A stretch of 64,000 nt of DNA from assembly GCA_964016885.1 (NCBI GenBank), contig OZ024741.1, forward strand, positions 272,428,001 to 272,492,000, given 5' to 3'. This document shows, piece after piece, positions 38,553 through 51,364 of the stretch (position 1 is its first letter; each line of letters begins with the position of its first letter). The translations under genes and the position numbers were made by a program. This DNA is from Eledone cirrhosa (taxonomy: Eukaryota). The notes under the pieces are model-generated. The model ran no database searches, was not told the origin of the DNA, and saw only the letters and a program-made list of their open reading frames with translations.

Positions 38553-41500
38553 CGCTAGCGCTATGGAAAAGAGATACCAGCTGGTCTGAAAACACTGTAG
38601 ACACAACAACTGACAATAAAAAAACTGGAAAAACTCTGGGAAACTAAATCAGAACAACCTGCCACCCCCTGCACATAATCATATACTGGAATCAAGGTAC
38701 AAATTGTTGTCCTTGAATGCACGTAGTCGATGCAATAAGATTCATCTTTTTGACTCCTACGTCAAAAGTATCAACCCTGACTTCATTACAGTCACGGAAA
38801 CTTGGGCACATCCCTTACTCTGTGATGGGGTTTTCAGCATAACTGGCTACAACCTGTTTCATAAAGACCGCATTAATCGTGGTGGTGGTGGTGTAATGGT
38901 TTACGTTCGGTCAAATTTGTCGGCAATTCCTTGTGTTGATTTGAACCAATCACAGCAGGAAGTTTTTTTCTGCGATATACGTATGACCGACCATGTCAAC
39001 ACTGCTACTTGGAGTCGTTTACCGTCCCCCAAACTACCACCAGGACACTCAACTTTGTGATATCCTCAGAGCTGCTGCCAGGAAAACATCCACTTATGTT
39101 TTTATTGCAGGAGACTTCAATCACCTTGAGATTGACTGGGAAACCTTTCGTTGGCCACCGAGTGCAAATGACTTCCTTGAACTAGTGCTGGACTCGAATT
39201 GGTCCCAAGTGGTCACCTCCCCAACAAGAGGTGACAACACTTTGGACCTACTCTTCACCACTACTCCTGAAACGGTCATTAGTGTTACTGCTGAGGAACC
39301 TTTAGGTGACTCTGATCATGCTATGATCATTGCCAATCTATCCCTCATGGGCAGTAACAAGAACCACAACCATCTCCAAACTGCTCACTTTGACTGGAAT
39401 AAAGCAGACTGGAACTGTTACTGCACCGAGCTGCAACATCCAAACTGGCTTGAGTTCTACGACTCTGGAGATGTCAACACTGCACTCCAGAACATCCTGA
39501 GCTGAATATGGACATCATGTGCAGCATCGGTGCCACGTAAGCGGAAAAAACATCCCAAAAGTGCAATTTGGGAGACTGCAGCAGTCCGTCTTGCCAGAAA
39601 AGAACGTCGCAATGCTGAATGTGAGTACAAACTGCTTAAATCAGACATCAATAGGAAGAGGCGAAATAAATCGTCCAACCACCTCAAACAGGTGACAAAA
39701 AAGACAGTGCTTCAATTTGAGCAGCGCATAGCAACCAGCCCTGACAGTAAGGTGTTCTGGAAGTATGTTCACTCAAAGCAGAGGCCTCACTCTCCAGTTG
39801 GTCCTCTTCACAATCCCCACACAAGCCAGGTTACTGACGACCCCAAGGAATGCGCAGAGCTCATTGTTGAATGCTATGCAGGCATTTTCACTATTGAAGA
39901 CCAGAGTGTACCGTCTCCACCACCTATGACACCGGATTCTATTACAACCATGGAATTTACACCTGCAATGCTGCGACAACACCTAAAAAATAAACGCAAC
40001 CATGCCTCTCCTGGTCTTGATGGTGTTACGTACCTGCTTCTTAAACGTGGTGGTACTACCTTCTGCACCAACTATCACGCTTCTTCCAATTCTGTCTGAA
40101 CAACGGTGCTACTCCAGAACAGTAGAAAACTGCCGGTGTCATTCCACTGTTCAAAAAGGGTGACCACACATCACCTGTGAACTATCGTCCAGTCAGTCTT
40201 ACTATTTGCATTGCCAAACTGATGGAATCCTGTGTCAGAGAAACACTTTGGAACTTCTGGAACTCTTACAGTCTTATCCGGCCCTCGCAATTTGGATTTA
40301 TTCCCAACTCCAGCTGCTGTGCTCAACTTATCGAGTTTCTTGAAGACATCACCCGGATCACTGATGGCGGCTCATGGGTGTATGTTGTTTACCTTGACTT
40401 TGCGAAAGCTTTCAATTCTCTGCCATACAAAAGGCTTATGGCAAAACTCTCTGCAATGGGTGTGAAGGATGATCTTTTTAACTGGTTGAAATCCTTCATT
40501 CTCAGTTGAAGAGAGGTAGTCACGGTTCTGGGACAGCATTCCTCACCATATGAGATGTCATCTGGTGTACCACAGGGATCTGTTCTTGGCCCCCTTTTGT
40601 TTGTGGCATATATTAATGACATAGATGCCAACTTAAAGAATGTCACAGTACTAAAGTACGCAGATAACATCAAGCTGTACCTTGAAATAAAAAGGACAGA
40701 TCCTGAACACTATAGATCTTGCTTGCAGTCTGACCTGGACACAATGCAACAATGGATCTCAGACGGGCAACTCAAGCTAGCTGTGAACAAGTGCACCACC
40801 ATGCATTTAGGGAGTAAAAATCCAGCGTCCACAGCACTAATATCAAGAAGTCTTCTTGTGAACGTGACCTGGGCATTACGGTTAGCAGCGATTTGCGTTG
40901 GACCAAGCATGTCTCTAAAATTGTCAAGAGGGCTGAGGATGTCTTAGCATCACTCAGCAAGACCTTTGTCAGCTGCTCTCCAGCTATCTATTTAAAGCTG
41001 TATATAGCTATGGTGCGGCCACACTTAGAATTTGCATCACCAGTCTGGAACCCCTATCTTGCTCAGAACATTGACCGCCTGGAAACTGTTCAGAGACGTG
41101 CAACCAAGCAAATACCCTCCATCAGGTATCTACCATACTCTGAACGCCTTGCTTCCCTGGGCATGGATACATTGAAGCTCCGATGCCTAGCAACTGACTT
41201 GGTAAACACCCACAAAATTGTTAACCATCTTGCCAACAACAACCCTGAGTACCTTTTTGATTTCCATGTGTCTAACACACGTGGACATGCCCACAAAGTC
41301 AGAAAACAGCACAGTTCCCATGACTTTCGTAGACATTTTTTCACGCTCAGAGTTGCTGAAGCATGGAACAAACTGCCTGCATCAGTTGTTAGCTGTCGAG
41401 ACACTACAACCTTTAAGGCCTCCATGCTTCCCGAGATTCGCCAACACTACACCTAATGTTCCCCCTCCATACACATACACACATGTATATCATGACTCAT

Positions 41501-41610
41501 ACACTATTCACTTCCCTGACATTTGTATATTATTCTATGTACTATACATGCACCTTTGATGAGTTGTAGTGCACCTGAGCACTTTACACAATAATTTCAT
41601 TATTATTATT
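38553..41610 (+). mobile_element. CR1/L2-group LINE ORF2, disabled
   Basis: APE motifs LSLNARS, VTETW, GGGV, VVYRPP, AGDFN, LDLL, SDH; RT motifs NYRPVSLT, QFGF, YLDFAKAF, GVPQGSVLGPLLF, YADN; C-terminal RPHLEFASPVWNP and TRGH. Multiple stops and frameshifts; (ATT)n tail. Confidence 0.92.
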
Positions 41611-41700
41611 ACTAGCTCTAACCCTAACACTATCACTAACACTAGCTCGAAGCTTAACACTAACACTGATTCTAACACTAACACCTTGAAAGGATTGGAT

Positions 41701-42200
41701 ATCATCATCATCATCATCATCATCATTTTACGTCCGCTTTTCCCTGCTTGCCAGGGTTGGATGGGTCCTATTCAGCACAGCATCTCTCTACTTGTCACTG
41801 TCCTTCATCATCTCCTCCGTGAGCTTCAGCAATCTGAAGTCTGCTCTCACCACCTCTGCCCATGTTTTTCATGGTCTACCTCTACTGTGTCTTCCTTCTA
41901 CTGGGATTTCTTGGCACTTCTTTACCCAACGGTCATCCTCCATGCGCATCACATGACCAAACCATCTCAGTCTTCTCTCCTGCACACCACAACTTATTCC
42001 TCTTATACCCAGTTTCTCTCACATGCAATGGAGCATGCTTGCTTCATTTCTCTCCAGCTATCGCATATCCTCTGCAGTTCCTGCCCATGTCTCACTACCA
42101 TGCAGCATCGCGCATCTCACACAGGCATCATATAACCGACCTTTCATACGCAGGGAGAAACCCTTCTTTGTCAACAGTGGAAGCAGCTCCCTAAACTGAT
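41701..42200 (-). mobile_element. Old RTE-related 3' fragment with (GAT)n tail
   Basis: The minus strand encodes a degenerate ELLPLLTKKGF...RGRP region homologous to the main RTE C-terminus. Confidence 0.65.
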
Positions 42201-42741
42201 CACCTAGTAGTACTAAACTCTATAGTGTTTCATGGGGAGGTAACCTCCCTAGTGTTGGTGCCACACTAAAATACATTGTAGATTATAGAGAACTCTTTAG
42301 TGTTTCAGGGGCAGGTAACCTCCTAGTATTGGTTCCACAATAAAATACATTTTGTGTGGTGTGTGTGGTGATATTTAAATTTCTACCTGAGTAATTTCAG
42401 CTGCTACACACCTCCAATCAAGCTGAAGTCACAGACTTTTATTTAGATTAGATTATATGGAATAATTTACATGGTGTTTTGCACATACATGTACATACAT
42501 ACACAAACACACACACATACACACATACATACATTCATACATATACACATACACATATATACACATACATACACATAAACATATACACACATACATACAC
42601 ACACATACATACAAACCTAAACACATATACACACAGATGTGTGAGGTGTACATGCAACCATGGAAGAACAGATGTTGAATAGGTGGGGTGTGGTGGTGGT
42701 GATGGTGGTGATGATATATCGTGATTTAATTACTAGCGATA

Positions 42742-42806
<65 letters not shown>

Positions 42807-42809
<3 letters not shown>

Positions 42810-42995
42810 TTTTGCGAGGTTTTTTATATGAAATCGTGTGTCGAAACAAATATTGTTATACTTGGGGAGGGTCATATTTGTGTAATATTGCCAGAATTAA
42901 TAACAGAACACACTCACTGTTTGGTTGGTTTTCGCTTCTCGCTTCTGTGTCTTTTATATCGGTAATCTAACTTACTCGGTCCTCAATGTTGCCAT
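42807..42995 (-). mobile_element. PLE family A terminal fragment
   Basis: 42857-42995 is nearly identical to 1-140. It extends into the terminal motif shared with 56900-56960. Confidence 0.8.
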
Positions 42996-43513
42996 GTAGG
43001 CAACACGGCCGTGTAGGCAACACGGTAAAAACCTGCCAGCCCCACACTGTAAATGTGGTTGGTGTTAGGAAGGGCATCCAGCCGTAGAAAACCCTCCAGA
43101 CAGTCCACGCTGTAATGTGGCCGTGTAGGCAACACAGTAAAAACCTCCCAGCCCCACACTGTAAATGTGGTTGGCGTTAGGAAGGGCATCCAGCTGTAGA
43201 AAACCCGCCAGACAGTCCTATGCGAGCAAGACAATGAGCATTGGCCTTGCAATCGAAAGGTTGTGAGTTCAATTCTCAGAGCGGGTGATGTGTTGTTTCC
43301 TTGAGCAAGACACTTTATTTCACATTGCTCCAATTTACTCAGCTGTAGAAATGAGATGATAGGGACTGGGGTCCCTATCATTCCACTGAAAAGTGGTCGT
43401 GGAGGTGCCACATCAAAAAAGCACCCAGCACTCACTGTAAATGAAGCCAGAATCAGATCCCGTCCCACCCTTGCCAGCAGGGAAAAGCGGATGTAAAATG
43501 ATGATGATGATGA
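42996..43513 (+). mobile_element. Chimera: RTE 3' UTR joined to SINE family 2
   Basis: 42996-43235 is the duplicated RTE 3' UTR; 43236-43513 is the SINE family 2 body with a (GAT)n tail. Confidence 0.75.
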
Positions 43514-44206
43514 CATATATAGCTACTCTCTCCACACCTGAACACCCCCAACCATGTCCCCTCTTAGCTATTTACTCCACTACACCTCCCCTACCTAACA
43601 TTGGTGAGGTCCCCACCCACCCACTATTGGACACACCATAATGCTTCTCACCACTATATCTGCTTATGTGTTTTCACCAACACTACATCCTCTCTCACCT
43701 TATGTTATAAAAAATCATCCCTTCTAATTCTCCTGCCCTACTCTCCCCCCTTCAAATCACATCACACTTGCCATAAATCCATGACAGTTATATTTATTTC
43801 CCTTTTCCTCTCCTTCCACCCCAACCCACAACCCCCACAGAGCAGGGAGGGCTCTTCAGTTGGGACAATAACCAACAACCTCTCAAGGATTTATCAAAAT
43901 ATACCAGGTACACTCTGTAAAGTAGTTGGTGACAGGAAGGGCACTCTGTTGTAGAAACCATGCCTAAAAGGGTTGAAAGGACCCCTCAGTTGTGTCAACA
44001 GCCCATCAACCTCTCTATTGTTGGTGATCTACATGATAAATGTAACCGGTACACGCTGTATTACAAGGACTCTTCAGTTGTGTTAGATATGACAACCTAT
44101 CTTGTGCTGGTGCACCAGCACATGAGAGGTTGTCATATCTTTGACACATCAGCAGGGTCATATATATATATATTGGAAAATGTGTGAAATCCTTGCTACA
44201 GTTAGG

Positions 44207-44670
44207 TATATTTGAAAAAAAGAAAAGAATGACTTCCATTGTAGTTCTAAACAATTTGATTTAATTTTATAATATTATGATTTGGTGGATTGGCAGTATC
44301 GGTAGAGGGTTGGACGCCATGCTTTGCAGCAAAGAGTTACGGCCCTTTATGGTCTGAGTTCAAATCCCGCCGAGGTTAACTTTGCCTTTCATCCTTACGG
44401 GGTCGATAAAATAAAGTATCAGTAATACACTGGGATAATTGCTGGCCTTGTGCCAAAAGTAGAAACAATTATGGTTTGGTAGATCTAGTAAGTTCTTTGT
44501 TAACTTCGGTGGGAAGATTTTTAAAGATTCCTGGTTAACTTTCCTGTTTAACTCTTCCCACCGAAGTTAACAAAGAACTTATGAGATCTAGCAAATCATA
44601 ATATTAAAAAATTAAATCAAATTGTTTAGAACTACAAGTGAAGTCATTCTTTTCCTTTTTTCAAATATAT
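44207..44670. repeat. Palindromic element interrupted by a SINE
   Basis: The left arm (44207-44286 plus 44481-44510) is the reverse complement of about 44554-44670. Confidence 0.8.
44287..44467 (+). mobile_element. SINE family 1 with target-site duplication
   Basis: TSD attatgatttggt (44274-44286) / attatggtttggt (44468-44480). Confidence 0.85.
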
Positions 44671-45301
44671 ATATATATATGACATGTATGTGTGTGTATT
44701 TGTGTGCGTGAATAGGCTGTAAGTATGTTTACATGTAGGGAAGTGAATATGTGAGCTAACACCCCCCACTTGCCCTCCCAAACCAATATCAACAACATAC
44801 ATTTCTGACAAATATTCCAAAACTATCCTTATTTTTCTCTTTGCTGTCATCCTATTCTTATCAAAAGACATGTATCTTACACCTCATTAACCCCCCCACC
44901 ACCATCAAACGAACACCTAAATTCATCTTTAATATAGAAAATTGTTGAAGGTATTCTTTATAAATTTAAGATAGTTGATTCAGCTATAAGAAAAGAATTT
45001 GAAAAACATCCTGCCATTATATTCATCAAAGGTCATCAAAGGTCATTTATTGAAATGGAACCAGCAGGAAGGCACTTTTACAGCCCCTTTCTTAAACACT
45101 CTTTAAACAACCCAACACCACCACTATTTTCTGTGTATATATATATGTATGTATATATATATGTGTGTATATGTATATGCTTTAATTCCTTTAAATCTTC
45201 ATCAACACTCCTTCACTTGCACACTCATTAACACCACACCCCACACAGACACACTAAAATCTTTCTTATATATAGTGAAGTCATTCTTTTCATTTTTTCA
45301 A

Positions 45302-45339
<38 letters not shown>

Positions 45340-45534
45340 TTATATGTATATGTATATATATATATATGTGTGTGTGTGTGTTTGAGTGTTGGTCCTGAGA
45401 TGAGTCAGGTGTAACCACAGTATATAAGGTACTCAATACATGTGTAATGTGATGACTGATTTATATAGAAAAGGCTCTACATGACTAGAGCTGTTTCATT
45501 TATATGAAATCATCAGGGCAATCTGCAGGGAAAA

Positions 45535-45823
45535 TCATCATCATCATCATCATCATTGTTTAACGTCTATCTTCCACGCTAGCATGGGTTAGATGGGGTT
45601 TGTCCCACTTGAGGCAAGATTGGTCGGGTGACCGTGTCTCGCCCGTATAGGACTATCTGGCAGGTTTTCTATGGCTGGATGCCCTTCCTAACACCAACCA
45701 CATTTACAATGTTGACTGGGAGCTTGTTACCGTGTTACCTACACGGCCACATTATAGCGTGGACTGTGTGTTTTTTTGTCGTGACACCTACACGACCTCA
45801 TTAGTTTGGACTGGATGTTGTGG
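45535..45823 (-). mobile_element. RTE LINE 3' UTR fragment
   Basis: Matches the main RTE 3' UTR, with (CAT)n at the left. Confidence 0.8.
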
Positions 45824-45931
45824 TAGGACGTAAAATGATGAAGACACATATCCATATATCTCCATCACTAATTAATTAATGTAAAATCAAAATATTGATT
45901 GACAATGAAGAATGTTATTTATTTATTTCAG

Positions 45932-46070
45932 TTAAAAATGTTTGGTTTTACCAATGTTGATGGAATGGATGCTGCTTATGGAATGTTGGAGAATGCAGAG
46001 AAGAAGAATGCCTACCAGAATTACATTTGTTCCATTATAGGAGAAGGTTCTGTCCATGCCATTCCAGAAA
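45932..46070 (+). CDS. METTL27: METTL27/WBSCR27-like methyltransferase, third coding exon
   Basis: Acceptor tttatttcag|, then LKMFGFTNVDGMDAAYGMLENAEKKNAYQNYICSIIGEGSVHAIPE plus 1 nt, then donor |gtaagt. It is in frame with the previous exon. GFxxxDGxDxxxxMLExA is the post-motif-I region of the family. Confidence 0.88.
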
Positions 46071-46170
46071 GTAAGTGTTGCTTCTCTCTCCTACACTGAC
46101 ATGTCTATTTTTAAAATCCTCACTTCCCTCCCCTTGCTTCCCCCTGGGATAATACCAGCAGCAGCAGCAA

Positions 46171-46385
46171 GAGGGGTGGAATGGCAGTAATCGGTAGAGC
46201 GTCTGGCAACATGCTTTGCGGTAGATAATTGCATCTCTTTATGTTCTGAGTTTAAATCCTGCAGAGGTTAGCTTTGCCTTACGGGGTCGATAAAATAAAG
46301 TACCAGTCACGCACTGGGGTTGATTTAATCGACTTTCTCCTCCCCGAAAATTGTTGGTCTTGTGCCTATGGTAGAAATCCTTAGT
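46171..46385 (+). mobile_element. SINE family 1 copy
   Basis: tRNA-like head plus the ccttacggggtcgataaaataaagtaccag block. A reverse fragment follows at about 46460-46580. Confidence 0.75.
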
Positions 46386-46620
46386 AGTAGTATTAGTAGC
46401 AGTAGCAACAGCAGCAGCAGTGGTTGTGGTGGTGGTGGGAGAAAGTAATAAAGAGATATAGAAGAGGAATCAACTCCAGTAGTGGACTGGTACTTTATTT
46501 ATCAACCATGATATGATGAAAAGTAAAATTAACCCCTGTGGGATTTGAACACAGAATACAGTGAGTTGTAATAAATACTGAGGAACTTAACCCTGTCACG
46601 TAATCTCTATCAGATTCCTG

Positions 46621-46838
46621 TTAACCCTTTAGAATTTACATTACTCTATATTTACTATTCTATTTTCATGGTAAAGGCTTTATCTTATATAGTTATCTCA
46701 CATAGTATCGAATCTATGAAATTTTGATATTATCTATTTTGAGAACAATACCATAACATAAGTAGGAGTAACCAGTTATGGCTGGTTTAAACAGAAAAAG
46801 GTGAGAGAATATGGCCGGTTTAAATGCTAAAGGGTTAA
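46621..46838. mobile_element. piggyBac-type MITE
   Basis: TTAA TSDs and TIRs ccctttagaattt / aaatgctaaaggg. Confidence 0.75.
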
Positions 46839-46891
46839 ATCAGTAATAAACATCATATGTAGAAAAAAGAAGATAATATACTAAAAATAGA

Positions 46892-47045
46892 CAAAGACTT
46901 CTGGTGTTCTTGGCCCTAGGACCATCTCCCTACTTACCACCATCAGCACAGAGTTGGCTACCCGCAGGTGTGAGCCTCGTAAGCTGGAATGGCTTTTCCC
47001 TCGCCATCTTCCGGGGAAACACCTTCTCTGTTCTGTCTGCCGGGT
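46892..47045 (+). mobile_element. CRE-like non-LTR retrotransposon C-terminal fragment
   Basis: Across two frameshifts it reads KTSGVLGPR/TISLLTTISTELATRRCEPRKLEWLF/SLAIFRGNTFSVLSA. This resembles the ET.G..G...QRLS.AI.RGN terminus of restriction-like-endonuclease elements. Confidence 0.5.
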
Positions 47046-48517
47046 CTGCAGGGCAGCAGCCAGTGCATGGGCTCTCATTTGCTCACAATAGTGAGAGATG
47101 GGGAGAGCGGGAGAGATGGAGGCAGTGACAGTGGTAGTTTGGTCCCATTGTGTTTGGATCTGGTATTATCATCATCACTGTTTAACGTCCATTTTACCAC
47201 ACTAGCATGGGTTAGACACGTTGTGAGCAAGCCAGGTCAGGTAACCATATCTTGCTCATACAGAACTGATTTTGGCTTGGTTACTACAGCTGAATGCCAA
47301 CCACATTTACACTGTGTACTGGGTGCTTTTTGTCATGACACCTACACGACCACTCTACAGTATGGACTGGGTGCTTTTTGTTGTGTCACGTACACAACCA
47401 CTGTACTGTGTTGGCTGGAGGCTTCACTGGATGTATGCTTCAGACTGTTCTCATTGGAGATGTATGGGAGTGTGTGGGTGAGGTGGTGCATACTATATAT
47501 ATATGCTTCAGTGGTATATATGTATATATTTATGCACCTCATCACATTAGCTTAGAAGTTATTTGAGATTTTTCCTATTTTAAATTTTGTTCACATGTCA
47601 TTAACTTTTCATTTATTGCATCTATGACAACTGATCACGTTGCAGCTTTCTAGTTACATGTGTTTATGACTCATTATTAATGGCCTTCCCTATAGCTGTT
47701 GTTTACTTTTGCTTTTAATCAAAGAAAAGGATTTTTGTTGTTGTAACGAAATGAGCATGTGACAAACCCAGCACTTCGTCTGGTAAACAAGCAAGACCAA
47801 GACTTTTTACAATTGAGGAAATTACTGATGATATTTATTCTATGGATGAGAGAGAAATGAGTGTGTGACAAACCTCGCACCTCGTTTGGTAAACAATCAA
47901 GGCCTAGACTCTTTACAGTTCAGGAAATTATTGGTGATATTCATTCTATGGATGAAGGTGAACAAGAATTTCAACAAGCTTACCCTTACTCAGACAGCGA
48001 AAGGGATTTGGAGGATGAAACTTGCGAAAGTGGTGAGGAAAATAGCGATTCAGATGAACAAATTTAGGGTGGCTCTCACACAGCTGATAGTGATAGGGGT
48101 GGTGGAGATTAGGTAAATCTAGATAACGGGTGGGTAGACACATTTACTGCACCTTTTGTTGATTCTGTTCATTAGTTTACCTGTAATCATTACTCTTGAG
48201 CTGTGTATGCAACTATTTTTTTTTTTTGCTCAGGAGCTCAGGTGGAGGGTAAAGTTAGACACAGACACAGGGGCCCCAGTCTGAGAGGGTTAATCTGATG
48301 TCCTAAAAACACTGTCAGTTTGCTGTCTTTTAGTCATGAATCTAAAAGTAAAAAATGTCTAAAAGGAGAGTTAAAGACAGCTGCCAGATATGTATTTTTG
48401 TACCAAGGTCACATTCATAACAGCTGTCAGGCCACTAAACAGTACCCAACACACACCCTTCCTGCTTCTTTCCTTCTCTCCTTCTGTCTCTCTCTACCCC
48501 CTGACTCTCTCTACCCC

Positions 48518-48619
<102 letters not shown>

Positions 48620-49513
48620 GTCTTTCCCTTTAAGTGTTTGTCTCTGTCTCTCACACACACACAAACCCTTCCTCTTGTTCTCTCCTTCCCTCTGTCTCTC
48701 TTACATACACATACACACACCACACAACAGCCCCATGCAGCTATACACCCATTTGTTTAACAAACCAGGCAAGATTGTCAACTCTAGAACACATTTTCTT
48801 TAAAAGAATTTATCCTGAATATCAACACAGGTTTTATAATGTTTGTTTTATTGATTTTAGGTCTGTGGATTGGCAGAATTGTTAGTTTTGTTATTTCTTC
48901 CTGTTGTATTATGTCCATAGACTTACGATCATATTGTTGTGGTTCAATTACTGGATCAGGCAACATGTTTTTGAGCCACACTTTATTTTACGTTGCCCCC
49001 AGTCCACTCAGCTAAAAATGAGTACCAGCAATAATTGGAGGGAGGAGGGATTATCCCTGCGATTGACTAGCATTCTGTCCAAGGAGGAAATCTTTTAATT
49101 CTCAGTCATTTAATGCCAATGGAACTGGGATAAGCACCAGCCAGATGAGCCTCAAGGATTGGGACAGACATTAACTCTGCAATGGCCTGGTGTCCTGTCC
49201 AGGGGAAGTTTTGTACTCTCAGTCACTTAACACCATTGAAACTGGGATAAGCTTCAGTCTAATAAGCCTCCTGGCTTAGGACAGACTTTAGCTTCTTTTA
49301 ACTATGTCTGTAGATTTGCCACTAGTTGCATCCAGTAGATAGTATTAGTAATTGGAAAGACTGATGGAAACTTTGTTTCCTTGGTCTGATCTGATGAGTC
49401 CCACCTTACTCAGACTGATGACCCTGTGATAAACAGGCAAAACTCCAGAGTAACAAGACTCACTATTTAGCCTTAAAATGTATATATATATATATTATAT
49501 GTGACCGATACTC

Positions 49514-50561
49514 AGGTGCAATAACTAGTAAGTGCCCACATGATACTAGCTCCTTCTCTTGCCCAGATGGTTCTATAGAAATAGTGGACACTTTCTGTTA
49601 CCTGGGTGACAAAATCAGCAGTGGTGGAGGGTGCTCTGAGAGTACAGTAGCCAGAGTCAGAACGGGATGGAAAAAGTTCAGAGAGCTTATAACACTATTG
49701 GCCACTAAAGGTTTCTCTCTAAAAATGAAAGGCAGCCTGTATGATGCCTGCATACGAACAGCAATGTTACATGGCAGTGAGACATGGGCATTGTGTGCAG
49801 AGGACCTGCGCAGACTGGAAAGGAACAAAGCATGCATGCTCCATTGGATATGTAATAATAATATACGCGAACGGCAAAACATAAATGAACTAAGTGAGGA
49901 ATTAGGAATAAGAGGGATCAGATGCTGTTTACTCGAGAGAAGACTACGTTCATATGGTCACATGATGCGCATGAAAGACGACAGCTGTATAAAAAAGTGC
50001 AGGGCGATCTAAATTGATGGTAGCCACGGAGTAGGCAGACCCAGAAAAACCTGGGACGATTTGATAAATTCCAACTTTACACACTTACACCTCTCTAAGG
50101 CAATGTCACTGAACCGAGATCTTTGGTGCTACACAGTAATACAGAAGACCCGCCTTCCCTACATACAAAGCGAAACCTAGTCAGTAGGCACCTCTTAACC
50201 AAATATAAACCCCAACCCACCTACCCCTACTCCATCCTCCAACTCCCTCCAACACCACCCTTTCTCTGTAAAGTTATGTTGGTACCACAACATCCAGTCC
50301 AAACTAATGAGGTCGTGTAGGTGTCAACAAAAAAACACACAGTCCACGCTGTAATGTGGCCATGTAGGTAACACGGTAAAAACCTCCCAGTCCACACTGT
50401 AAATGTGGTTGGTGTTAGGAAGGCCATCCAGCCATAGAAAACCTGCCAGATAGTCCTATACGAGCGAGACACGGTCACCCGACCAATCTTGCCTCAAGTG
50501 GGACAACTCCCATCTAACACATGCTAGCGTGGAAGATAGACGTTAAACGATGATGATGATG
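49514..50561 (+). mobile_element. RTE-clade LINE, older 5'-truncated copy (copy 6)
   Basis: ORF 49584-50012 with a premature stop, single-unit 3' UTR, (GAT)n tail. Confidence 0.92.
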
Positions 50562-50826
50562 ATATATATATATATATATGAAAAGGGAGTAAGGTTCTAT
50601 ACAAAATGGGTGATGATTCACACGGAGACATCGAAACTGGTTATATTTTATATATTATATACATTATAAAACGCCTTTTTTTAAAAAAGAATTGTTCCTC
50701 CCACTTTTTTAATAATGTCATTTTGACGAATCAAAAAAGAAAAAAAGAAAAACAGATCCTTAAATGTATTTTCCGTGATATTTCAAATCCCCCCCCTCTC
50801 TCTAATTCCTCCCCTTTCTCTCTCTT

Positions 50827-50859
<33 letters not shown>

Positions 50860-50860
<1 letters not shown>

Positions 50861-51080
50861 ATGGAGGCACATGGCTTAGTGATTAGAGCATTGGCCTTGC
50901 ACCACTGCAAAGTGGTCGTGGAGGTGCCATGGCAAAAAAGCACCCAGCACTCACTGTAAATGAGGTTGGTGTTAGGAAGGGCATCCAGCTGTAGAAATCA
51001 AGCCAGAATCAGTTCCTGTCCCACCCTTGCAAGCAGGGAAAAGTGGACGTAAAATGATGATGATGATGATGATAATGATG
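50860..51080 (+). mobile_element. SINE family 2, internally deleted
   Basis: Head and tail match 62853-63207; the central part is missing. Confidence 0.8.
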
Positions 51081-51318
51081 ATATCACTATCACTTCTTTC
51101 CCTCATGACCTTTCGATAAATAAAAGGCCATGGGAGCGCTATGGATCGATGTTCAGTTTTAAGCGCCAAAACATCCAAGATCCTTAGTAAACAGCTGACG
51201 AAGGGAAACTTTTCTTTTCTTTTCTTTTCCTTTCTTCTCTTCTCTTGTTTGTGTCCCAATTACCTTCTAACACTTTGTTTTCAGTAACCACACAGCCTCG
51301 CCTCCTAGCCCGTATTTT

Positions 51319-51364
<46 letters not shown>

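Larger units (their letters stand above)
46587..48293 (+). mobile_element. Possible internally deleted piggyBac-like element carrying nested insertions
   Basis: Ends are TTAA-ccctgtcac and ctgagaggg-TTAA. An acidic ORF at 47861-48067 resembles a piggyBac N-terminus, and its 5' ~107 bp is duplicated at 47750-47855. Confidence 0.35.

Noticed and set aside
40507-40509. In-frame TGA shared by both CR1-like copies (also 53641-53643), considered as possible readthrough or selenocysteine
   Set aside because: It aligns with the conserved Arg of the FLS.R motif, so CGA-to-TGA CpG decay or a shared defective parent is simpler. No SECIS was identified.
48861-48960. Candidate fourth METTL27 exon after ttgattttag
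   Set aside because: The phase-1 translation shows no methyltransferase motif and the sequence resembles a decayed SINE.
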